From assembly GCA_049431945.1 (NCBI GenBank), contig JBMTDJ010000003.1, forward strand, positions 494 through 64,493: a stretch of 64,000 nucleotides of DNA, in the 5' to 3' direction. Below, in pieces: positions 9,041 through 20,329 of this stretch. The notes under the pieces are model-generated. The model had not been told where the DNA came from. It did no database searches and saw only the letters and a list, made by a program, of their open reading frames with translations. The translations under genes and the position numbers were made by a program. Within the stretch, counting starts at the first letter, position 1; each line of letters starts with the position of its first letter. The stretch is from Candidatus Nanopelagicales bacterium (GTDB lineage: Bacteria; Actinomycetota; Actinomycetes; S36-B12).

Positions 9041-11603
9041 CCACCGCGGGCAAGGCGGCGTCGAGCAGCGCCTTGGCTGTCAGGCCAAGTTCGCGGGCGC
9101 GGTCGTTGACCACGCTCACGAGTGCGACCCGACCGTCGTCCACGGACGCCCCGACCATTCCCACGCCCATGTCCGGACGGGCTGTCGATCGCCCGCGCAA
9201 GGCCAGCTCGCGCAGGTCGCCCGCCGAGGTGCCGTCGGGTGCACGGTAGGTCCAGATGCGGAACGGGCCCACATCCTTGCCTTCGCCGATGACCCCCTCC
9301 ACATTGCTGGTCAACTGAGCGCTCTTATAGCGCTGGAGCTCGCGCTCGGCCTCCTTGAGGCGAGAGATGATCGACTCCACCCTCTCGGGGAGTTCCTCGG
9401 GACGCGCCTTGACGATGTCCGTGAGCTGGTCAACGAGCACATGCTCCCGGGCCAGGTGCCGATAGGCATCCACCCCGACCAGCGCCTCGACACGGCGCAC
9501 ACCCGCTCCGATGGAGCCTTCCGAGAGGAAGGTGACCAGACCGAGCTGACCCGACCTCTGAGCGTGTGTTCCACCGCAGAGTTCGTGCGCCCAATCGCCC
9601 ACGGAGATGACCCGGACTTCGCTGCCGTACTTCTCGCCGAAGAGCGCCATGGCACCGAACGCGCGAGCCTCGTCCAAGGTCATGACCTGCGCCATCACCT
9701 CGAGGTCGGCCGCGAGGACATCGTTGACCCTTGCCTCGACATCGCGCAGCATCGTGTCACCCACGGCCCCTGCCGCGGGGAAGTCGAAGCGGAGGCGACC
9801 AGGGGCGTTCTCCGAGCCCATCTGCGTCGCGGTCTCCCCCAGGAACTCCCGAAACGCCCTGTGCACGAGGTGCGTCGCGGTGTGGGCACGCGAGATGGCC
9901 CGGCGGCGCTCGATGTCGACGTGCCCGAGGATCTCCTCGCCCACCGTGAGCTCACCTGCTGACACCGTCGCGCGGTGGATGAAGAGTCCGGGCACCGGGG
10001 TCTGGACGTCGTACACCTCAAGGGATGCGCCCCCGGCAGAGGTGATGCGACCGTGGTCTCCGAGTTGCCCGCCCGCCTCGGCGTAGAACGGCGTCCGATT
10101 GAGCACGATCTCGACATGGTCACCCTCGCGTGCGACCGGAACTACGGCGCCATCGCGCAGGATGCCGGTGACGACACCTTCGCTCACCGTCTCGACGTAG
10201 CCGGTGAATCCCGTCGTCCCGCCGCGCTCGAGGACCTCCCGGTACGCCGTGACCGAGGCCACCCCCGCCTTGCGAGAGCGAGCGTCAGCCTTGGCTCTCT
10301 CGCGCTGCTCGGTCATGAGCTCACGGAAGCCTGCCTCGTCGACATCGAGGCCCTGCTCGCGCGCCATTTCGAGCGTCAGGTCGATGGGGAAGCCGTAGGT
10401 GTCGTGAAGCACGAAGGCCTGCTCACCGGGCAGCACACCTCCCCCGTTGTTGCGCACCTCCGAGGCGGCCATGTCAAAGATCTGCGTGCCCGTGCGGAGG
10501 GTCTGGAGGAACGCGCCCTCCTCTTGCACCGACACCGTCGTGATGCGCGACGCCTCATCATTGAGCTCGGGATACTGAGGCGCCATCGTCGTAATGGTGG
10601 TGCCCATGAGCTCGCCGATCGCCGGCTCCTCGCAGCCGAGGATCCGCATATTGCGAATCACTCGGCGCATCAGTCTCCGCAGAACGTAGCCACGACCCTC
10701 ATTGCCGGGGACAACGCCGTCCCCGATGAGGAAGGCGCAGGTGCGCGAGTGATCGGCGATGACGCGCAGGGCGACATCGGACTTCTCGCTCGCTCCATAG
10801 GCGACCCCGGTGAGTTCGCTCGCGCGATCGAGGATCCGCTTCGTGGTGTCGATCTCGTAGATGTTCTCGACGCCTTGGAGCAGGGCTGCCATGCGCTCCA
10901 GGCCCATGCCGGTGTCGATGTTCTTGGCCGGCAGCGGCTTGAGGACGTCGAAGTCCTCCTTGGACCGCACGGCCGAGAGTTCCTCCTGCATGAAGACGAG
11001 GTTCCACACTTCGAGGTAGCGGTCCTCGTCGACGACGGGACCGCCTTCCTGCCCGTAGGCGGCACCACGGTCGTAGTAGATCTCCGAGCACGGGCCGCCG
11101 GGTCCGGGGACGCCCATCGACCAGTAGTTGTCCTTGGGGCCTCGTCGCTGGATGCGCTCGCGCGGGATGCCGACCTCACGGTGCCAGATATCGGCTGCCT
11201 CATCGTCATTGTCGTAGACGGTGACCCAGAGCTTGTCTTCGGCGAAGCCGAATCCGCCATCGGTCTGGCTGCCTGTGAGCAACTCCCAGGCGAAGGGGAT
11301 CGCTCCCTGCTTGAAGTAATCGCCGAACGAGAAGTTGCCCGCCATCTGGAAGAACGACGCATGCCTTGTGGTCTTGCCGACCTCCTCGATGTCGAGGGTC
11401 CGCACGCACTTTTGCACGCTGGTCGCACGCGGATAGGGCGGCGGTGCCTCGCCGAGGAAGTAGGGCTTGAAGGGCACCATGCCGGCGTTGACGAAGAGCA
11501 GCGTCGGGTCATCGAGCAGTAGCGAGGCTGACGGGATCACCTGGTGGCCGCGCTCGGCGAAGAACTTCAGGAAGCGCGTCCGAATCTCTGCGGAGTCCAT
11601 CAT
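8922..11603 (-). CDS. alaS: Alanine--tRNA ligase
   Basis: 893 aa. Has the FFAERGH N-terminus, class II core, HTATHL/HELCGGTH editing Zn motif and a C-terminal DHHA1-like domain. Confidence 0.98.
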   Translation of the reverse strand: MMDSAEIRTRFLKFFAERGHQVIPSASLLLDDPTLLFVNAGMVPFKPYFLGEAPPPYPRATSVQKCVRTLDIEEVGKTTRHASFFQMAGNFSFGDYFKQGAIPFAWELLTGSQTDGGFGFAEDKLWVTVYDNDDEAADIWHREVGIPRERIQRRGPKDNYWSMGVPGPGGPCSEIYYDRGAAYGQEGGPVVDEDRYLEVWNLVFMQEELSAVRSKEDFDVLKPLPAKNIDTGMGLERMAALLQGVENIYEIDTTKRILDRASELTGVAYGASEKSDVALRVIADHSRTCAFLIGDGVVPGNEGRGYVLRRLMRRVIRNMRILGCEEPAIGELMGTTITTMAPQYPELNDEASRITTVSVQEEGAFLQTLRTGTQIFDMAASEVRNNGGGVLPGEQAFVLHDTYGFPIDLTLEMAREQGLDVDEAGFRELMTEQRERAKADARSRKAGVASVTAYREVLERGGTTGFTGYVETVSEGVVTGILRDGAVVPVAREGDHVEIVLNRTPFYAEAGGQLGDHGRITSAGGASLEVYDVQTPVPGLFIHRATVSAGELTVGEEILGHVDIERRRAISRAHTATHLVHRAFREFLGETATQMGSENAPGRLRFDFPAAGAVGDTMLRDVEARVNDVLAADLEVMAQVMTLDEARAFGAMALFGEKYGSEVRVISVGDWAHELCGGTHAQRSGQLGLVTFLSEGSIGAGVRRVEALVGVDAYRHLAREHVLVDQLTDIVKARPEELPERVESIISRLKEAERELQRYKSAQLTSNVEGVIGEGKDVGPFRIWTYRAPDGTSAGDLRELALRGRSTARPDMGVGMVGASVDDGRVALVSVVNDRARELGLTAKALLDAALPAVDGRGGGKDDIAQGGGTRAGAIDDAFAAVQSYVAHLAGES

Positions 11604-11908
11604 GCGCTTGTCCGAGCTTCAGCCAGGGCGCGCGCTGCGGCAGCGCCGGTCACACCCGACGGTGTCGGTCTCACGGGTGCGCTCGCGCCGGATCTCGAGG
11701 GCGCGGGGGATGCGTCGTTCGTTGGCTGGCCGGCCACCGTCCCGAGAAGGCCGCGAGCGGAAGCAGCCATCGCTGACGCCGAGATCGTGGCGGCTTGAAC
11801 GCTGCCGACGACACCCTTGGCGCGCGCCTCCTCGAGGAGCTTCTGCCCGCGTCGATAGGCGATGACACCTGCGGTCGCACCGATGGCAACCCACACAGTC
11901 CTGCGCAT
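11600..11908 (-). CDS. Small hypothetical membrane-associated protein
   Basis: ATG 11908. Has an N-terminal hydrophobic helix (VWVAIGATAGVIAY) and an Ala/Ser/Pro-rich tail. Overlaps the alaS start as ATGA. No family recognised. Confidence 0.5.
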   Translation of the reverse strand: MRRTVWVAIGATAGVIAYRRGQKLLEEARAKGVVGSVQAATISASAMAASARGLLGTVAGQPTNDASPAPSRSGASAPVRPTPSGVTGAAAARALAEARTSA

Positions 11909-11917
11909 GCCCGGAGC

Positions 11918-13279
11918 CTAACGCTCGTGGGGCACACCATCGGGGGCGCGGCCCTCGCGCAGGCGGGAAACCCGCTCGGCGATATCGGCCCACGACGCCT
12001 CGGCCCCGTGACGCGTCGGCTGGTAGTACGCCGCTCCCACCAGCGGGTCGGGCAGGTACTGCTGGGCGGACACACCACTGTCTTCGTCATGCGGGTACCG
12101 GTAGCCCACACCGTGACCGAGCGGACGCGCGCCGGGATAGTGCGCGTCGCGGAGGTGGGCGGGCACGGTGCCGATCCGTCCCGCGCGGACATCCGCTTGG
12201 GCGGCGTCGATCGCCTTGATGACGGCGTTTGACTTCGGGCTCAGCGACAAATGGATCGTCGCGTGCGCAAGTGTGAGGCGCCCCTCGGGCATCCCGAGCA
12301 TGGCCACGGCCTCGGCGGCGGCGACCGCGGTCTGCAGGGCGGACGGATCGGCCAAGCCGATGTCCTCACTGGCGAGGATCATGAGCCGCCGCGCGATGAA
12401 GCGGGGGTCCTCACCGGCTTCGATCATGCGGGCGAGGTAGTGCAGCGCAGCGTCCGGGTCACTGCCGCGGATGCTCTTGATGAAGGCGCTGATGACGTCG
12501 TAGTGCTGGTCTCCGTCGCGGTCGTAGCGCACCGCCGCGGTGAGCACGGCCGCCTCGACGTCCTCGAGCGAGATCTCCGCCCCCGGGCCTCGCGTCGATG
12601 TCGCGAGCCCAGCGACGGCGTCAAGGGCGGTGAGCATCCGCCGAGCGTCGCCTCCAGCGATCCGCAGGAGGTGGTCGCGCGCCGCATCGGACAGCGAGAC
12701 CGCGCCACCGAGCCCGCGCGGATCGAGGAGCGCACGGTCGAGCAGCGCGCCAAGATCTTCGTCGGTGAGCGACTGCAGGGTGAGCACGACGCTGCGCGAG
12801 AGCAGCGGAGAGACGACCGAGAAGCTGGGATTCTCCGTGGTCGCCGCGATGAGGGTGACCCAGCCGTTCTCGACCGCAGGCAGGAGAGCATCCTGCTGGG
12901 TCTTGCTGAAGCGATGGACTTCGTCGACGAAGAGCACGGTGCCGCGTCCTTGCATGCCGAGAGCGGACTTGGCGGCGTCGATGACCTCGCGCACGTCCTT
13001 GACACCAGCGGTGACCGCGGAGAGTTCGACGAATCGCGCACCAGTGGCGCGCGAGACCAGGTGCGCGAGCGTGGTCTTGCCGGTGCCGGGCGGCCCCCAC
13101 AGGATCAGGGACACCGCCGCGGCAGGATCGCCTTCGAGCATCCGCCGCAGCGGACTGCCCTCGGCGATGAGGTGGCGCTGGCCGACCAGGTCCTCGATCG
13201 TGCTCGGCCGCATCCGCACCGCGAGAGGCGCACCGGGACGCTCGGGCCCGGCTGCCTCGTCGAACAGCGTGGCCGCCAT
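11918..13279 (-). CDS. rarA: Replication-associated recombination protein A (AAA+ ATPase)
   Basis: Walker [12 protein letters not shown], Walker [10 protein letters not shown], and a MgsA C-terminal domain ([23 protein letters not shown]). Confidence 0.93.
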   Translation of the reverse strand: MAATLFDEAAGPERPGAPLAVRMRPSTIEDLVGQRHLIAEGSPLRRMLEGDPAAAVSLILWGPPGTGKTTLAHLVSRATGARFVELSAVTAGVKDVREVIDAAKSALGMQGRGTVLFVDEVHRFSKTQQDALLPAVENGWVTLIAATTENPSFSVVSPLLSRSVVLTLQSLTDEDLGALLDRALLDPRGLGGAVSLSDAARDHLLRIAGGDARRMLTALDAVAGLATSTRGPGAEISLEDVEAAVLTAAVRYDRDGDQHYDVISAFIKSIRGSDPDAALHYLARMIEAGEDPRFIARRLMILASEDIGLADPSALQTAVAAAEAVAMLGMPEGRLTLAHATIHLSLSPKSNAVIKAIDAAQADVRAGRIGTVPAHLRDAHYPGARPLGHGVGYRYPHDEDSGVSAQQYLPDPLVGAAYYQPTRHGAEASWADIAERVSRLREGRAPDGVPHER

Positions 13280-13289
13280 GCCCGCGAGC

Positions 13290-14033
13290 CTACGCGGGCT
13301 CGCGTCCGTGACTGCCCTCTACCGCACGAGAAGGGCGGATCATTGCCGAGCGGTATCTCCCACACTCCGCGAACCCAGCCGCGCGGTACACCGCTGCCGC
13401 CGGGAGGTTGTCGGCGTACATCTCTAGGTTGACGCCAGTCGCGCCCTGTGCCAGCGCAGCCCGGGTGAGCCCGACCGTAAGAGCAGTCCCCATACCCCGT
13501 CCTCGGTGCGCCGGCTCAGTGCAGATGCTCACCAGATGAGCCGTGTCACCGACTGACCAGGCCCACGCGCCCACGGCGGCGAGTCGATCGCCATCCTCGA
13601 TGCCGTGCCACTCCACGACGCGCGGATCACCGGCATGGATGTAAGCCGAGTCCGAGTGCGCGAGCAGAGGATCGATCCGTGGATCGAGAGGTTCCAGTCG
13701 TGCCGTGTGAGCGTGCTCACTGACCCGACCACCGAACTCCCAGAGCGACCAGTGCCCCGGATCCTCGCCGCGGTAGGCGTCCGGAAGGTGCATGAAGACA
13801 TCGTCGTGGACCGTCACTCCGTCGAAGCCGAACGGCTCGAGGGACTCAATCAGTGCGACGATGCGAGCCGGATCATCGCCGAGCGCCGTCACCCATGTCT
13901 CGCCTGACCTGCGTCCGGTCCGCAGGAACGCGACATGATCGCCGTCGACAGCGAAGTGGCCGATGTGATCGTCAGCGACGCGCAGGCGCAGAAGGGGGTC
14001 ACTCGGCCGGGCTTGGCGCAGCGGGTGCTGCAT
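13290..14033 (-). CDS. GNAT-family N-acetyltransferase
   Basis: The C-terminal half carries the acetyl-CoA motif ([11 protein letters not shown] ... [10 protein letters not shown]). The start is provisional: ATG 14033 overlaps aspS by 35 nt, and the longest ORF reaches 14081. Confidence 0.72.
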   Translation of the reverse strand: MQHPLRQARPSDPLLRLRVADDHIGHFAVDGDHVAFLRTGRRSGETWVTALGDDPARIVALIESLEPFGFDGVTVHDDVFMHLPDAYRGEDPGHWSLWEFGGRVSEHAHTARLEPLDPRIDPLLAHSDSAYIHAGDPRVVEWHGIEDGDRLAAVGAWAWSVGDTAHLVSICTEPAHRGRGMGTALTVGLTRAALAQGATGVNLEMYADNLPAAAVYRAAGFAECGRYRSAMIRPSRAVEGSHGREPA

Positions 14034-15753
14034 CGATGCCGGCCTCCTTGCGCTGCTTGGGCGTGATGGGCGTGGGTGCACCCGTGAGTGGATCCTGGCC
14101 TCCCCCCGTCTTGGGGAAGGCGATCACGTCGCGGATGCTCGATGCGCCTGCCAGCAGCATCGCCACTCGATCGAGGCCGAAGGCGATGCCGCCATGCGGG
14201 GGCGGCCCGTACTGGAAGGCCTCGAGCAGGAAGCCGAACTTCGACTGCGCCTCCTCCTCGCCCATGCCCAGCAAGGCGAAGACCCGCTCCTGCACGTCCC
14301 TACGATGGATACGCACGGATCCGCCACCGATCTCGTTGCCGTTGCACACCATGTCGTATGCCCAAGCGAGCGCCTGATCGGGTGCGGATTCGAAGGTGTC
14401 GATCCACTCGGCATTGGGCGACGTAAACGGATGGTGCACGGCCGTCCAGCCGAGGGAGCCGTCATCCTCCTCCACCTGCTCGAACATAGGTGCGTCCACA
14501 ACCCAGAGGAACGACCAGGCGGCGTCATCGATGAGACCGAGCCGGTGGCCGATCTCGACGCGAGCCGCCCCCAGGAGCGCACGGGCGTCTGATGCAGCAC
14601 CCGCCGCGAAGAAGGCGCAGTCGCCTGGGCTCGCGCCGACGGCCGCCTGGAGACCCTCGCGCTCAGACTCCGAGAGGTTCTTGGCGACCGGGCCGCCGAG
14701 CTCGCCGTCGACGCCGAAGGTGACATAGGCAAGGCCCTTGGCTCCGCGCTGCTTGGCCCACTCCTGCCACGCGTCGAATGTCCGACGGGGCTGGTCGGCG
14801 CCACCGGGCATGACGACCGCCCCGACGTACGGCGCCTGGAAGACCCGGAACGGAGTCGCGCGGAAGTAATCGGTGAGGTCGACGAGTTCGAGCCCGAATC
14901 GCAGGTCAGGCTTGTCGGTGCCGAAGCGGCGCATCGCCTCGAAGTAGGGCATGCGCGGCACCTCGCCGATGTCGACGCCGAGGATGCCCTGCCACAGGGC
15001 GCGGATCACAGCCTCTCCGACCTCGATGACGTCCTCCTGCTCGACGAAGGACATCTCGATGTCGAGCTGGGTGAACTCCGGCTGCCGATCCCCACGGAAG
15101 TCCTCATCCCGATAGCAGCGCGCGATCTGGAAGTAGCGCTCCATGCCAGCGACCATGAGCAGCTGCTTGAAGAGCTGTGGCGACTGCGGCAACGCGTACC
15201 AGTTGCCCGGCTGAAGACGCGCGGGCACGAGGAAGTCGCGCGCACCCTCGGGAGTGGAGGCGGTCAAGGTCGGCGTCTCGATCTCGACGAAATCGCGCTC
15301 TAACAGCACGTCGCGCGAGATCTGGTTGAGCTTGGAGCGCATCCGTAGGTTGTCTCCGACGGACGGGCGGCGCAGGTCGAGGTAGCGGTACCGCAGTCTG
15401 GCCTCCTCGCCTACGGTCGCGCGATCATCGACGGGGAAAGGAAGCGGGGCGGCAGGACTGAGGACCTCGACCTCACTGGCCTCCACCTCGATGCCGCCCG
15501 TGGAGATGTCGGGATTCTCGTTGCCCTCCGGCCGAGGACGGACCGAGCCCACGATGCGTAGGCAGTACTCGTCACGCAGGCCGTGGGCAACATCGGGATC
15601 ATTGACCACCACCTGGACCACACCGCTCGCATCGCGCAGGTCGAGGAAGGCCACCCCGCCGTGGTCGCGACGACGGTCCACCCAGCCCGCGAGGATGACG
15701 CTCGTCCCCTCGTCGGCCCTCGTGAGCGTGCCGGCCCGGTGCGTGCGGATCAC
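13999..15753 (-). CDS. aspS: Aspartate--tRNA ligase
   Basis: Class IIb aaRS ([30 protein letters not shown]). GTG 15753 overlaps the hisS stop as GTGA. Confidence 0.96.
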   Translation of the reverse strand: MIRTHRAGTLTRADEGTSVILAGWVDRRRDHGGVAFLDLRDASGVVQVVVNDPDVAHGLRDEYCLRIVGSVRPRPEGNENPDISTGGIEVEASEVEVLSPAAPLPFPVDDRATVGEEARLRYRYLDLRRPSVGDNLRMRSKLNQISRDVLLERDFVEIETPTLTASTPEGARDFLVPARLQPGNWYALPQSPQLFKQLLMVAGMERYFQIARCYRDEDFRGDRQPEFTQLDIEMSFVEQEDVIEVGEAVIRALWQGILGVDIGEVPRMPYFEAMRRFGTDKPDLRFGLELVDLTDYFRATPFRVFQAPYVGAVVMPGGADQPRRTFDAWQEWAKQRGAKGLAYVTFGVDGELGGPVAKNLSESEREGLQAAVGASPGDCAFFAAGAASDARALLGAARVEIGHRLGLIDDAAWSFLWVVDAPMFEQVEEDDGSLGWTAVHHPFTSPNAEWIDTFESAPDQALAWAYDMVCNGNEIGGGSVRIHRRDVQERVFALLGMGEEEAQSKFGFLLEAFQYGPPPHGGIAFGLDRVAMLLAGASSIRDVIAFPKTGGGQDPLTGAPTPITPKQRKEAGIDAAPAAPSPAE

Positions 15754-17090
15754 GTTGCTCCCTTGTCGTCGTGCGCGGCCGCCAAAAGCGGCCACAGGTC
15801 AGTATCGGGGGGCGACCACACGTCAGCGTCAGCACCCACCTGGTCGCCGCTGCGGATGTCCTTGACGGTGTCGCCTTCCTCGGCGGGGAACCACACGAAG
15901 GGGATCCCCCTGCGATCGGCGTACTTGATCTGCTTGCCGAACTTCTCGGCCTTCGGAGCCACCTCGCATGGGATGCCTCGCGAACGCAGGGCCTGCGCGA
16001 CATCGTCGCTGCGTTGACGCGAGTCCTCATCGACCACGGCCACGAGCACCGCCGAGTTGACCTTGCGCGTGCTGCGGACGAGGTTGCGTCCCAGGAGGAG
16101 CGAGACCAATCGCGTCACGCCGAGCGAGATACCGACGCCGGGATATGCCGTGCGCCCATCAGAGGCGAGGGCGTCATAGCGTCCGCCAGAGCAGATCGAG
16201 CCGAAGGATTCATAGCCCTCGAGGGACGTTTCGTAGACGGTGCCCGTGTAGTAGTCCAGCCCGCGCGCGATGTGAAGGTCAGCGACGACGGCACCGGGCC
16301 TGACCCGATCCGATGCGTCCACCACGGCGACAAGCTCCTCCAAACCCTCCTCGAGCAGCGGATCGGCCACGCCCAGCCCCCGCACCCTCTCGGCGGCCTC
16401 ACGCCCGGATCCTCGGATCGCAGCAAGAGCCAGGACCTGGTCCACGACACCCTCGGGAAGTCCACCGTCCATGAGCAATTCGCGGACCTTAGCGGGACCG
16501 ATCTTGTCCAGCTTGTCGATCGCGCGGAGCACGGTCGCCGTATCCGCGATGCCGAGCCCCCGATAGAAACCTTCAAGGACCTTCCGATTATTGACGTGGA
16601 TGGTGGCACGCGGAAGTGCAGGCAGGTTCGCGAAGACCTCGGCCATCACAATGGCCATCTCGGCATCGTGGTGCGCCGCAAGTCTGTCTTTGTCCACGAT
16701 GTCGATGTCGGCCTGAGTGAACTCGCGGAATCGCCCCTCCTGCGGCCGCTCGCCTCTCCAGACCTTCTGGATCTGATATCGCCGGAACGGGAAGTCGAGT
16801 TGGCCCGAGTGCTCGACGACGTAGCGGGCGAACGGCACCGTGAGGTCGAAGTGCAGCGCGAGCGCATCACCGTCGTCGGAATCCGCCTGCAGGCGACGCA
16901 CTGCGTAGACCTCCTTGTCGATCTCGCCCTTGCTCAGCAGGACATCGACAGGCTCCACACTCCGGGTTTCGAGAGGTGTGAACCCGTGGAGTTCGAAGAC
17001 CTGCCGTATGACGTCGAGCACGCCGAGTTCGACCAGGCGCCCCTCAGGGAGCCACTCGGGGAAGCCGGACAGACTGGTGGGCCTGGCCAC
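15750..17090 (-). CDS. hisS: Histidine--tRNA ligase
   Basis: [32 protein letters not shown] and GGRYD motifs. Confidence 0.96.
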   Translation of the reverse strand: MARPTSLSGFPEWLPEGRLVELGVLDVIRQVFELHGFTPLETRSVEPVDVLLSKGEIDKEVYAVRRLQADSDDGDALALHFDLTVPFARYVVEHSGQLDFPFRRYQIQKVWRGERPQEGRFREFTQADIDIVDKDRLAAHHDAEMAIVMAEVFANLPALPRATIHVNNRKVLEGFYRGLGIADTATVLRAIDKLDKIGPAKVRELLMDGGLPEGVVDQVLALAAIRGSGREAAERVRGLGVADPLLEEGLEELVAVVDASDRVRPGAVVADLHIARGLDYYTGTVYETSLEGYESFGSICSGGRYDALASDGRTAYPGVGISLGVTRLVSLLLGRNLVRSTRKVNSAVLVAVVDEDSRQRSDDVAQALRSRGIPCEVAPKAEKFGKQIKYADRRGIPFVWFPAEEGDTVKDIRSGDQVGADADVWSPPDTDLWPLLAAAHDDKGAT

Positions 17091-17794
17091 TAGATCCCCC
17101 TCGGTGCGGGAGATGAGCCCAGGTCAAGCAAGAACGGGTTCGTGGCTCGCTCACGTCCCACAGTGGTGGCCTCTCCGTGACCGGGGAGCACCACGGTGTC
17201 GTCGTCCAGCGGCAGCACCACCCGCGTGAGGCTCCGCGTCATGGCCGCAGGGTCCCCTCCGGGCAGATCCGTCCGGCCGATGGAGCCGGCGAAGAGCAAA
17301 TCGCCGCTGAGCATGACGGGGGGACGGTCCCCCTCGCGATCGGACACGAAGGCGACCGACCCCTCCGTGTGCCCGGGTGCGTGCGCGACCGTCAGCGGCA
17401 CTCCGGCGATCTCGAGCGCCTCACCGTCGGTGAGGACGCGGACGTCCTCGGGTTCGGTCAGTTCGAGGGCGCCTTGGGTCATGGACATCAGTTGCTCGCG
17501 GGACATGCTGAACGTCGTTCCCACAATGTCGGCCAGGCGGTAGCGGTCATCGGTGTGGATGTACGCGGGGATGCCCTTGCCCGCAGTGAGGGGCGCCACG
17601 GACCACACGTGGTCCAGGTGGCCGTGGGTGAGGAGTACCGCGACGGGCCGAAGCCGGTGGCGCTCAAGAATCTCGGTCAACGGCCCAATGCTGGCCTGCC
17701 CGGGATCGACGATGATGCAGTCCTCCCCCTCCGCGGTTGCGACCGCATAACAATTCGTCCCCCACGAGCCCGCGGGGAAGCCGGTCACGAACAC
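17090..17794 (-). CDS. MBL-fold metallo-hydrolase (glyoxalase II-like)
   Basis: THGHLDH metal motif and HAPGHTEGS. Its position next to hisS matches actinobacterial synteny. Confidence 0.85.
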   Translation of the reverse strand: MFVTGFPAGSWGTNCYAVATAEGEDCIIVDPGQASIGPLTEILERHRLRPVAVLLTHGHLDHVWSVAPLTAGKGIPAYIHTDDRYRLADIVGTTFSMSREQLMSMTQGALELTEPEDVRVLTDGEALEIAGVPLTVAHAPGHTEGSVAFVSDREGDRPPVMLSGDLLFAGSIGRTDLPGGDPAAMTRSLTRVVLPLDDDTVVLPGHGEATTVGRERATNPFLLDLGSSPAPRGI

Positions 17795-17937
17795 GATGGC
17801 CTGCAGGCGGTCATGCGGGTCCTCCGGAGTCTCTGGGCGCCCCGTGAGCCTACCGGGCTGGATGACAGGCCATAGACTCGCGCGGCGGTGGTGTCACACC
17901 GGACGGCGCGCAGCCATGGGCACGAAGGAGGGCGAGG

Positions 17938-18828
17938 GTGACGTCGAGCAAGCGCAGGCGCGAGGTGGCGCGGGCGAAGGCCGAGAGGCAGGCAGCGCGC
18001 CGGGCCGAAGCGGCGCAACGCCGTGGCCAGCGCAATCGCATCCTTGCCATCGTCGCCGTCGTCGTCGTGGTCGGCGGCGTGCTCGCCTGGGTCGTCCTCA
18101 ACCGCACGACCCAGGACGGTGACATCGCCGCTCCTAGCGAGACCGCGATCCCGACGGAGAGCGCCGCCCCGTCTGACAGTGCCCTGCCCTCAGATAGCCC
18201 GGCGCCGTCGGACTCAGCCACGCCCACGGACGAGTCCACGTCGCAGCCCGATCCCGATTGCGCGCCCGCGCCGCAGCCGCGCCCGGACGACATGACCTGG
18301 GCGAAGGCACCTGCCGAGGACATCGACCCGAAGGCGTCGTACACGCTGAACCTGGCGACGAACTGCGGCGAGATCGTCATCGAGATGCTCCCCCGGGAGG
18401 CACCCAAGACCGTCGCGTCTATGGCGTTCCTCACCGAGGAGGGCTTTTTCGACCTCACCGCGTGCCATCGATTGACCACGGCGGGGATCTACGTCCTGCA
18501 GTGCGGCGACCCGGCGGGCAATGGCACGGGGGGCCCCGGCTATGCGATTCCCGACGAAAATCTTCCGCCCGAGGGCCCTGACAACTACCCGGCGGGCACG
18601 GTGGCGATGGCCAACGCGGGCCCGGGCACGGGAGGAAGCCAGTTCTTCATTGTTTACGCCAACACCACGCTGCCCCCCGGCTACACCATCTGGGGGACGG
18701 TCACCAAGGGTCTCGACGTCGTGGAGGGCATCGCGGCGGCCGGGGTCGAAGGCGGCGGCACGGACGGGCCACCGGCCCAGACGGTCGTCATCGAGAAGGC
18801 GACGCTGACCACGTCGTCCGCAAACTAG
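17938..18828 (+). CDS. Membrane-anchored cyclophilin-type peptidyl-prolyl isomerase
   Basis: Basic N-terminus, a TM helix, and an (A/S)PSDS-like low-complexity linker. The cyclophilin core follows (FHRL-like CHRLTT..., GDPAGNGTGGPGY, GTVAMANAGPGTGGSQFFI). The start is GTG 17938. Confidence 0.9.
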   Translation: MTSSKRRREVARAKAERQAARRAEAAQRRGQRNRILAIVAVVVVVGGVLAWVVLNRTTQDGDIAAPSETAIPTESAAPSDSALPSDSPAPSDSATPTDESTSQPDPDCAPAPQPRPDDMTWAKAPAEDIDPKASYTLNLATNCGEIVIEMLPREAPKTVASMAFLTEEGFFDLTACHRLTTAGIYVLQCGDPAGNGTGGPGYAIPDENLPPEGPDNYPAGTVAMANAGPGTGGSQFFIVYANTTLPPGYTIWGTVTKGLDVVEGIAAAGVEGGGTDGPPAQTVVIEKATLTTSSAN

Positions 18829-18837
18829 GGAGGGTCG

Positions 18838-20325
18838 ATGAGCGAGGGCACGCCTGCTGCGGAGAGGGGACACCACGCAACTGCGCCGGTGAACGGCGGC
18901 GATGCGGAGATCGTCGAGGAGGTCACGGCAACACCCGCGCCGTTCGGGGTCCTCGAGTCCCGGGATCCGGCCCCCGCGCTTTCGGCAAGCCCCACACCCT
19001 CCTCGCTCCCGTCCGCACCGACCCCGGCGCCCCGACCCTCGACGCCTCGTCCGACGACCTTGAAGCGCGCTACGCAATCAGGTCCCCCCGTGCGGCGCAC
19101 CGACCCTTCGCGCTTCGGGCGGATCGATGCCGAGGGCACCGTCTGGCTCAGCACCCCGACGGGAGAGGTGGTCGTCGGCAACTGGGCCGCTGGAACGATT
19201 GAGGAGGGCCTGGCCTTCTTCGGCCGTAAGTACGACGACCTGCTCGTCGAGGTCGATCTGGCCGCGTACCGACTCAAGGAAGGACGTGGCCTCGACACGG
19301 CCCCCACCGCCGTCGCCCACGCGCGTGAGGCGCTGGCCGCCCCCGCCTTCCTCGGCGACGTCGATGAACTCGCTCGCGCGTGCGACGAGGTAGACGCACT
19401 CATGGCCTCCGCGCGGTTGGCACGCGACGAAGCCCGTGCCCGTCAGCGGGAGGAGGCACTCTCTGCCCGCGAGTCCATCGTGAGCGAGGCCGAATCACTC
19501 AGCGACTCGAGCAGTTGGAAGGCCACCGGCGAGAGGTTCACGGCTCTCCTCGAGGCATGGAAGGCCGCCCCGCGCATCGACCGCGGACGTGAACAGGCTA
19601 TGTGGAAGCGCTTCAGCGCGGCCCGCACCTCCTTCGACCGCCGCCGCCGCCAGCATTTCGCCGCTCGCGATGCCGAGCGCAAGGACGCCCTCGCTGCAAA
19701 GGAGTCGATCATCCGCGACGCCGAGGCTTTGTCGTCGTCCACGGACTGGGCCGGGACCACACGGGCCTATCGGACTCTCATGGACCGATGGAAGGCCGCC
19801 CCGCGAGGCAGCCGCCAGGATGAAGATCGCTTGTGGGCACGCTTCCGCTCGGCCCAGGATGCCTTCTTCGCCGCGCGTGACGCCGTCAACGCCGAGCGAG
19901 ACGTGGAGCACCGGGCCAATCTCGAGCGCAAGCTTGAGCTCGTGACCGAGGCAGAGGCGATCTTGCCCGTGAGCGACATTGCCGCCGCGAAGCGGGCCCT
20001 ACGCAGCGTCCAGGAGCGCTGGGAGGGCATCGGCCACGTCCCGCGGGCGGACAAGGAGCGCATCGAACGACGACTCAAGGCCGTCGAGGACGCCGTACGG
20101 CAGGCCGATGATCGTCGGTGGACCGCGACGGATCCGGCGAGACGTGCCCGCGCTGAGGACACCGCGGAGAAGTTCCGCGCCTCGTTGGCCAAGGCCGAAC
20201 AGGCCCTGGAGTCGGCGCGTCAGAAGGGCGACCCCCGAGCCATCGCCAAGGCCGAGCAGGCGACCGAATCGACGCGCGCACTCCTGGCGGCGGTCGAGGG
20301 CACCATGTCGGACTTCGGCAACTGA
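18838..20325 (+). CDS. DUF349 repeat protein
   Basis: Repeated ~75-aa helical units with W(K)...(W/L)KAAPR...(D/E)..LW.RF..A...F. A GGAGGG Shine-Dalgarno lies upstream. Confidence 0.78.
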   Translation: MSEGTPAAERGHHATAPVNGGDAEIVEEVTATPAPFGVLESRDPAPALSASPTPSSLPSAPTPAPRPSTPRPTTLKRATQSGPPVRRTDPSRFGRIDAEGTVWLSTPTGEVVVGNWAAGTIEEGLAFFGRKYDDLLVEVDLAAYRLKEGRGLDTAPTAVAHAREALAAPAFLGDVDELARACDEVDALMASARLARDEARARQREEALSARESIVSEAESLSDSSSWKATGERFTALLEAWKAAPRIDRGREQAMWKRFSAARTSFDRRRRQHFAARDAERKDALAAKESIIRDAEALSSSTDWAGTTRAYRTLMDRWKAAPRGSRQDEDRLWARFRSAQDAFFAARDAVNAERDVEHRANLERKLELVTEAEAILPVSDIAAAKRALRSVQERWEGIGHVPRADKERIERRLKAVEDAVRQADDRRWTATDPARRARAEDTAEKFRASLAKAEQALESARQKGDPRAIAKAEQATESTRALLAAVEGTMSDFGN

Positions 20326-20329
20326 TGCG

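Noticed and set aside
17850-19403. Minus-strand ORFs 17850..18479, 18214..19077 and 18825..19403, opposite the PPIase and DUF349 genes
   Set aside because: They show shadow-frame composition. The plus-strand genes have clear cyclophilin and DUF349 motifs and Shine-Dalgarno sequences.
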